A stretch of DNA of 64,000 nt from Planctomycetota bacterium (GTDB taxonomy: Bacteria > Planctomycetota > UBA8108 > SXIK01), in assembly GCA_965223265.1 (NCBI GenBank), contig OZ244999.1:7168001-7232000 (forward strand). Reading direction: 5' to 3'. The stretch's first letter is position 1. Every line of letters begins with the position of its first letter. Below the pieces are notes generated by a model. The model was given only the letters and a program-made list of their open reading frames with translations. It did no database searches and was not told the DNA's origin. This document shows, piece by piece, positions 59,511-64,000 of the stretch. A program made the position numbers and the translations under genes.

Positions 59511-60857
59511 CTACCCCAGCAGTCCGAGTCGCGCAGCAAGCACTGTGGCGACCGCCACGGGAATCACGACCACGATCAGAAACCACCACACCTGCGTCAC
59601 TCGCACCACGCCGCTGCCGACATTCGTTTCGTCGCGAAATCGCTCGAAGCCCCACGAGTACGCCGTGTAGAGCGCCAGTAGAAGCCCACCCACTGTGAGC
59701 AGGTAGCGTCCAGAGACAACATCCGCGAGTTCAAAGAAGTTCATTTCAAACAAACGAACGTCATTCCACGCGCCACTCGCCAAAACGACGGGAACGCCAC
59801 ACACGAAGAGCACGGCTGCGAGTGCCCATGTCGCGCGCTCGCGCCGCATGCCCAGGGAGTCGACCACAACAGACACCAGCACCTCGAAGAGCGCGATGGC
59901 CGACGTTAGGCCGGCGACGATCATGAGGAAGAAGAACAGGCAGCCAAAAACCTGACCAGCCGGCATGCGCTCGAAGAGGCTCGGCATGGTGACAAACAAG
60001 AGGCTGCTTCCTTGGTTCGGCTGGAGCCCGAGCGCAAAGATCGCGGGAAAAATCATCAGACCCGCGACGATTGCCACGACCGTGTCGAGCGCTGTGACCA
60101 ACAGGGCGTCGCCGGGGATGTCGCTTCGTTTCGCGTCGAGGTAGCTTCCGAAACCGAAAGCGGCGGCCATGCCGACCCCAATGGAGTAGAACGCCTGGCT
60201 CAGCGCGTCGAGCAGCATGCCCCAGCTCAACTCGGAGACGTCGGGTTGCAGATACCACCTAAGTCCGACCGCCGCCCCCGGCAGAGTGACCGCTCGGACG
60301 GCAATGATGCAAATGAGAACGAGCAGAAGCGGCATAGCGACCCCCGCCACACGCTCAAGCCCCTTCTGTAAGCCACGAGATACGATCGCCGCAAGAGCCG
60401 CGATCGTCAGAGCAAGATACGCTAGCACCGGTAGCGCCGATGACGTGAACGCCTCGTGGATCTCTTTGGCTGTCTCTGGCGTCACCCCAGCGTAGCCGCC
60501 GCTCACCATGCGCACGAACGAAGCGATGATCCAGGCGATCAGCATGGGGTAGTAGCTCATGATTAAGACCGCGGCGGCCGTACCACACCAGGCGATAAGG
60601 TTCCACGGGTGCAGCGCCCTGCCGGTCAAGTGCCGCATGCCGCTGAGTGGCGAGCGCTGCGATTTACGCCCCAGACTCATCTCTGCGACCAGCAGCGGCA
60701 TCGCGATCAGGAGTGCCATCGCGAGATAGGTGACAACAAAGATGGCGCCGCCGTTCTGGCCTGCGATGTAAGGAAAGCGCCAAATGTTACCGAGGCCCAC
60801 GGCGAACCCGGCGGTCGCCATGATGAACCCGAAGCGACTCTTCCAGCGCTCTCTCAT
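59511..60857 (-). CDS. Sodium-dependent transporter, NSS/SNF family
   Basis: RERWKSRFGFIMATAGFAVGLGNIWRFPY..GQNGG, QAFYSIGVG, GLMIFPA, GLTSAIALFE. Confidence 0.95.
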   Translation of the reverse strand: MRERWKSRFGFIMATAGFAVGLGNIWRFPYIAGQNGGAIFVVTYLAMALLIAMPLLVAEMSLGRKSQRSPLSGMRHLTGRALHPWNLIAWCGTAAAVLIMSYYPMLIAWIIASFVRMVSGGYAGVTPETAKEIHEAFTSSALPVLAYLALTIAALAAIVSRGLQKGLERVAGVAMPLLLVLICIIAVRAVTLPGAAVGLRWYLQPDVSELSWGMLLDALSQAFYSIGVGMAAAFGFGSYLDAKRSDIPGDALLVTALDTVVAIVAGLMIFPAIFALGLQPNQGSSLLFVTMPSLFERMPAGQVFGCLFFFLMIVAGLTSAIALFEVLVSVVVDSLGMRRERATWALAAVLFVCGVPVVLASGAWNDVRLFEMNFFELADVVSGRYLLTVGGLLLALYTAYSWGFERFRDETNVGSGVVRVTQVWWFLIVVVIPVAVATVLAARLGLLG

Positions 60858-60904
60858 CTTGCGAAGTCCTGCGTAAGCTCGAGTTTGACCATTCGGTGCA
60901 CCTA

Positions 60905-61232
60905 AGTGGCAGGCGCACTCCCCGGAGTGTGCCTGCTACTATAGACGCGAACCGTCGCCAACTCGATCTTCAAAGTAGCGGGCACACGCCAAGGCTGTGA
61001 AGTTTTGAAACTTGCCGTCGCAACTCACGGAAACCTCCGGAACGGCACACGGAGTGTGCCTGCTACTATAGACAACGGATCGACGCCAACACGATCTTCA
61101 GAGTAGCAGGCACACGCCGTGTGCCGTTCCGGACGTGAACTGACCGTGGACCGTGGTCGTGAGTTACGACGGCACGCTTAAAAATTTACAACCTCGGCGT
61201 GTGCCGTCGTAGGTGGACCGTGAGTCACGACG
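60905..61232. repeat. Cluster of GTAG-type REP palindromes including an inverted doublet (REPIN-like)
   Basis: Copies at ~60906-60939, 60975, 61044-61066 (reverse) and 61103-61125 (forward); 61037-61067 pairs with 61102-61132. Confidence 0.85.
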
Positions 61233-61252
61233 CCACGGGATCGAAAGCGCCC

Positions 61253-64000
61253 TCACTCCGTCGCCATTCGCAAACGAATGTCCTCTCTCCTACCCTCACC
61301 GAGAACCACAGTGCGACGTGCGCGCCAGGTCTCGTAGCCCTCGACCTCCACGGTGATGTCGTAGTCGCCTGGCGGCAGGTTGTGGAAGGTGAAACTGGCG
61401 CCGCCTATCCGGTCACTGTAGTCTCCAGTCGACAAAAATCGTGCATTCTCGATAGGTCGGTCGGGCTCGAGGATCCGCGTTCCGCCTTCGCCGGCGAGCG
61501 CCGGCCCCGCGAGGGTGACTTGGTTGAAGGGCACGGTGCCAAGGCCGATCTGGACGACGAAGTGCAGCAATCCCTCTGGTTGCAAATCCACCTGCAAAGG
61601 CGTCGAGCCTCCGGCGCGCACGTTCACCGTCGACCAAACTGGGGCACATTGAAACCCCCACACGTTGGCAGCCCAAACGTACGATCCTGCCTGAATTGGC
61701 CCGATGGACGCTGTCGGTTTGGGCGGTCTCAAGTTCAAGTACGTGGCGCTCTCGGCATTGCGTTCCCGGCCCTCTGGCACAAGCACCAGCCAGGAATGTT
61801 CAGGCAGCGTTCCAACGCCAGATGTGTTCACGAGTGACAAATCGATCCAGCCCACATCGGGAAGCACGAGATCACCCAAATCCTGATCGCCTTCGAGGTT
61901 GTCTAGGAGCGCGCGTTCGGGCAGGGTCACGGTCGCCTCGCCCACATCGCGCTGGTAAAACTCCACGTCCACACGGTAGGCCCCTTTGAACCGCCCTTCG
62001 AACCTCACGCTGCCATCGTCGACGCGCGCCGACGCCTGACGATCGATCGCGCCCAATTCCTGCGCTCCGGAGTCGCCAGCCGCGTCGATGGCCGTCAGAC
62101 GAACCGTCCGCACTCGAGCGACCATCCCATCGGAACTCCCGCTCGGAAACGCCAGCTGGGCGAAGACCTGACGGTCGCCGTGAAGAACGAAGTCCTCCAC
62201 CGCGTCGCCGCGAAGATCAACGCTTCGCCGCAGGTGCCGAGAGCCGCCACCCTTGACGGCGGACCAGGCGCGGATCCAATACCGGCCAGGGATCAACCCC
62301 CTGACTCGGTAGCGTCCTTCCTCGTCTGTTCCTACTTCAAATTCGGTGTAGTCCCATTCGAACTGGGGCTCGACCGTGATTCCAGCTCGTTCAGCCGGGG
62401 CCAAATCTCCATGCAGCACCTGTCCGGAGACGGACAGCAAACCGAGATCATCCCCGATGTTGACGACCTTTTCCTGGCGATCCGGGAGGTTGACTTTGCG
62501 TGTGACGCTGTAACGGGGCTCATTCACGAAAGCTTCGAACTTGTGCTGGCCGGCGGGGAGACCACCGAGTCGGAAGCGCCCCTGAGAATCTGTAACGATC
62601 GGTCCGAAGTCAACCCAACCGTCCCAGGCGCTAACTGTCGCATCCGCTCTCGGAGCGCCGTCGATGAAAAAGGTACCCGCGATCGACCCACCGGGCTCAA
62701 GTCGGGCGACGATCTCTCCGTTTTCGCGGGCGTACTTCTGCCGCTCGTTGGGTTCGACTCGAGCCGGGACGAATCCTGGCGCCTTGATGTACACGGTTCC
62801 GCGACGTTCGCCCTCAACGAATTGAAACTCGCCGTCGCGCCCGGTGACTGTCCGCTCTACGTCGTCAAGCATTTCGTAGACGCCAGAGCTGTCGAGATCT
62901 CCCCAGCGGAGGGCTGCGTTCTTGAAACCATAGACGACGGTGGCGCCGCTGATTGGCACTGCGGTCTCGGCTGCGACGACCGTTCCCGAGAGCGCGTCCC
63001 CGGTGGTGAGAGCGATCACGATCTCTTCAGCCTTGCCTTCAGGGTGAGCTACAATAGCATCCGTCACGGCGGCGAGATAGTGCGCGGTCTCCACCCTGAC
63101 GACGTACTCCCTCCCGACTTTTAGATCGTCATCGATAATGAAGCGACCATCGCCCGCGTGGACGGCTCGTCCTGACCTCCTGTTGAGTCCGTGACTATTG
63201 CGAAGCTCCGCGTGCTTGACGGTGAAGTCTGAAACCGGTTTGCCCGTTGCCCCATCGACGACACGTCCACGGATGATGGCGGGGTGCGGCATCACGATGC
63301 GTACGTCTTGGTCGACGTCCAAGCTTTTCCAGAGAGAGGCGCGGCCTTGCACCTTGAGGTTGAGCCTGACGCCTGAGCTTGGGGCTCCTTCGATTCGGAA
63401 ACGACCATCTCGATTCGTCCGGACAAAGCCATTCTTGCCAAAGAGAATGAACGCGTTCTCTTCGTCGTCGACTCCGTTCGCTTGGATCTCGACCTCGGTC
63501 AAAGGCGTCTCGTTCTCATCGACAACAACTCCCTCGAGCCAGTGTCCCGGCTCCAGAGCGAAATCGATCTCGGTAGGTTCATCTAGCGACCCTGGGCGGA
63601 TTCCGGTGCGGCTCTGAGGCGCGTAGCCGCCTCCACCGGCGACGATCAAGAACCCCGACTTGGGGTTTTCCAGGGCGACGCGATAGTACCCATCGGCGTC
63701 TGTCTCAACCGGGGCGCAGCGTCGAAGGAGATTGGTCTTGTCTGCGTACTGCACGCGGACTTCCATGTCGACAAGCGGCTCATCGTCGGAGTTCGTGATG
63801 CGGCCTGCGTAGTACCCCACCTCTGGTTCGTACCGCCGAAGAACGAGCGTCACTTCCGCCACCGAATGCTCGTCGTCGAACCGCGGTCGAACATCCCTCC
63901 CGCCGGTGTATCCGTCCTTCTTAGCGAACAGCTCCTGAGGATTCGTGCGGCTGATACCGCCGACCGTCGCTTGCCCCGCTGCGTCCGTTGTCACCTCGGT
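61253..64000 (-). CDS. Large protein with tandem carboxypeptidase-regulatory-like domains (5' end outside the window)
   Basis: Repeated G.V.D..G.P....V...TD..G.Y/F motifs and PGDYDITVEVEGYE; frame open to the window edge. Confidence 0.85.
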   Translation of the reverse strand, partial: TEVTTDAAGQATVGGISRTNPQELFAKKDGYTGGRDVRPRFDDEHSVAEVTLVLRRYEPEVGYYAGRITNSDDEPLVDMEVRVQYADKTNLLRRCAPVETDADGYYRVALENPKSGFLIVAGGGGYAPQSRTGIRPGSLDEPTEIDFALEPGHWLEGVVVDENETPLTEVEIQANGVDDEENAFILFGKNGFVRTNRDGRFRIEGAPSSGVRLNLKVQGRASLWKSLDVDQDVRIVMPHPAIIRGRVVDGATGKPVSDFTVKHAELRNSHGLNRRSGRAVHAGDGRFIIDDDLKVGREYVVRVETAHYLAAVTDAIVAHPEGKAEEIVIALTTGDALSGTVVAAETAVPISGATVVYGFKNAALRWGDLDSSGVYEMLDDVERTVTGRDGEFQFVEGERRGTVYIKAPGFVPARVEPNERQKYARENGEIVARLEPGGSIAGTFFIDGAPRADATVSAWDGWVDFGPIVTDSQGRFRLGGLPAGQHKFEAFVNEPRYSVTRKVNLPDRQEKVVNIGDDLGLLSVSGQVLHGDLAPAERAGITVEPQFEWDYTEFEVGTDEEGRYRVRGLIPGRYWIRAWSAVKGGGSRHLRRSVDLRGDAVEDFVLHGDRQVFAQLAFPSGSSDGMVARVRTVRLTAIDAAGDSGAQELGAIDRQASARVDDGSVRFEGRFKGAYRVDVEFYQRDVGEATVTLPERALLDNLEGDQDLGDLVLPDVGWIDLSLVNTSGVGTLPEHSWLVLVPEGRERNAESATYLNLRPPKPTASIGPIQAGSYVWAANVWGFQCAPVWSTVNVRAGGSTPLQVDLQPEGLLHFVVQIGLGTVPFNQVTLAGPALAGEGGTRILEPDRPIENARFLSTGDYSDRIGGASFTFHNLPPGDYDITVEVEGYETWRARRTVVLGEGRREDIRLRMATE

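Noticed and set aside
1-64000. tRNA/rRNA genes (including selC) and UGA-recoded selenoproteins
   Set aside because: None recognised by eye; a tRNAscan-SE or bSECISearch run would be needed to exclude them formally.

Overview
GC-rich bacterial chromosomal window, most likely Planctomycetota, judged from the DUF1592/DUF1552, DUF1549/DUF1553-DUF1501 and PVC-type CxxCH proteins. It carries housekeeping genes (selB, ileS, sppA, mobA, moeA, cutA, hppA, RluA, hisH/hisF), an RND efflux operon, transporters and several planctomycete cytochrome-type loci. The most unusual part is an accessory island at about 18.1-23.0 kb. Two convergent 107-aa four-helix-bundle (TIGR02436/Avd-like) genes each sit behind the same covarying nested hairpin. 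That hairpin has the geometry of a single-stranded-DNA (Frpo-like) promoter, and the cassettes are embedded in hexamer-phased microsatellites and GTAG-type REP palindromes. One hairpin is split by a 2,670-bp large-serine-recombinase element at a 2-bp GT core in the middle of a TTGACA hexamer. Excision on paper restores a perfect 12-bp stem and the -35 box on the chromosome. On the excised circle it also fuses a GGAGG+GTG at the left end in frame with an ORF at the right end. The window also holds two copies of a ~160-bp MITE, REP doublets, further hexamer arrays and a ~170-bp tandem repeat. All calls come from reading the sequence and motifs; no database searches were run.
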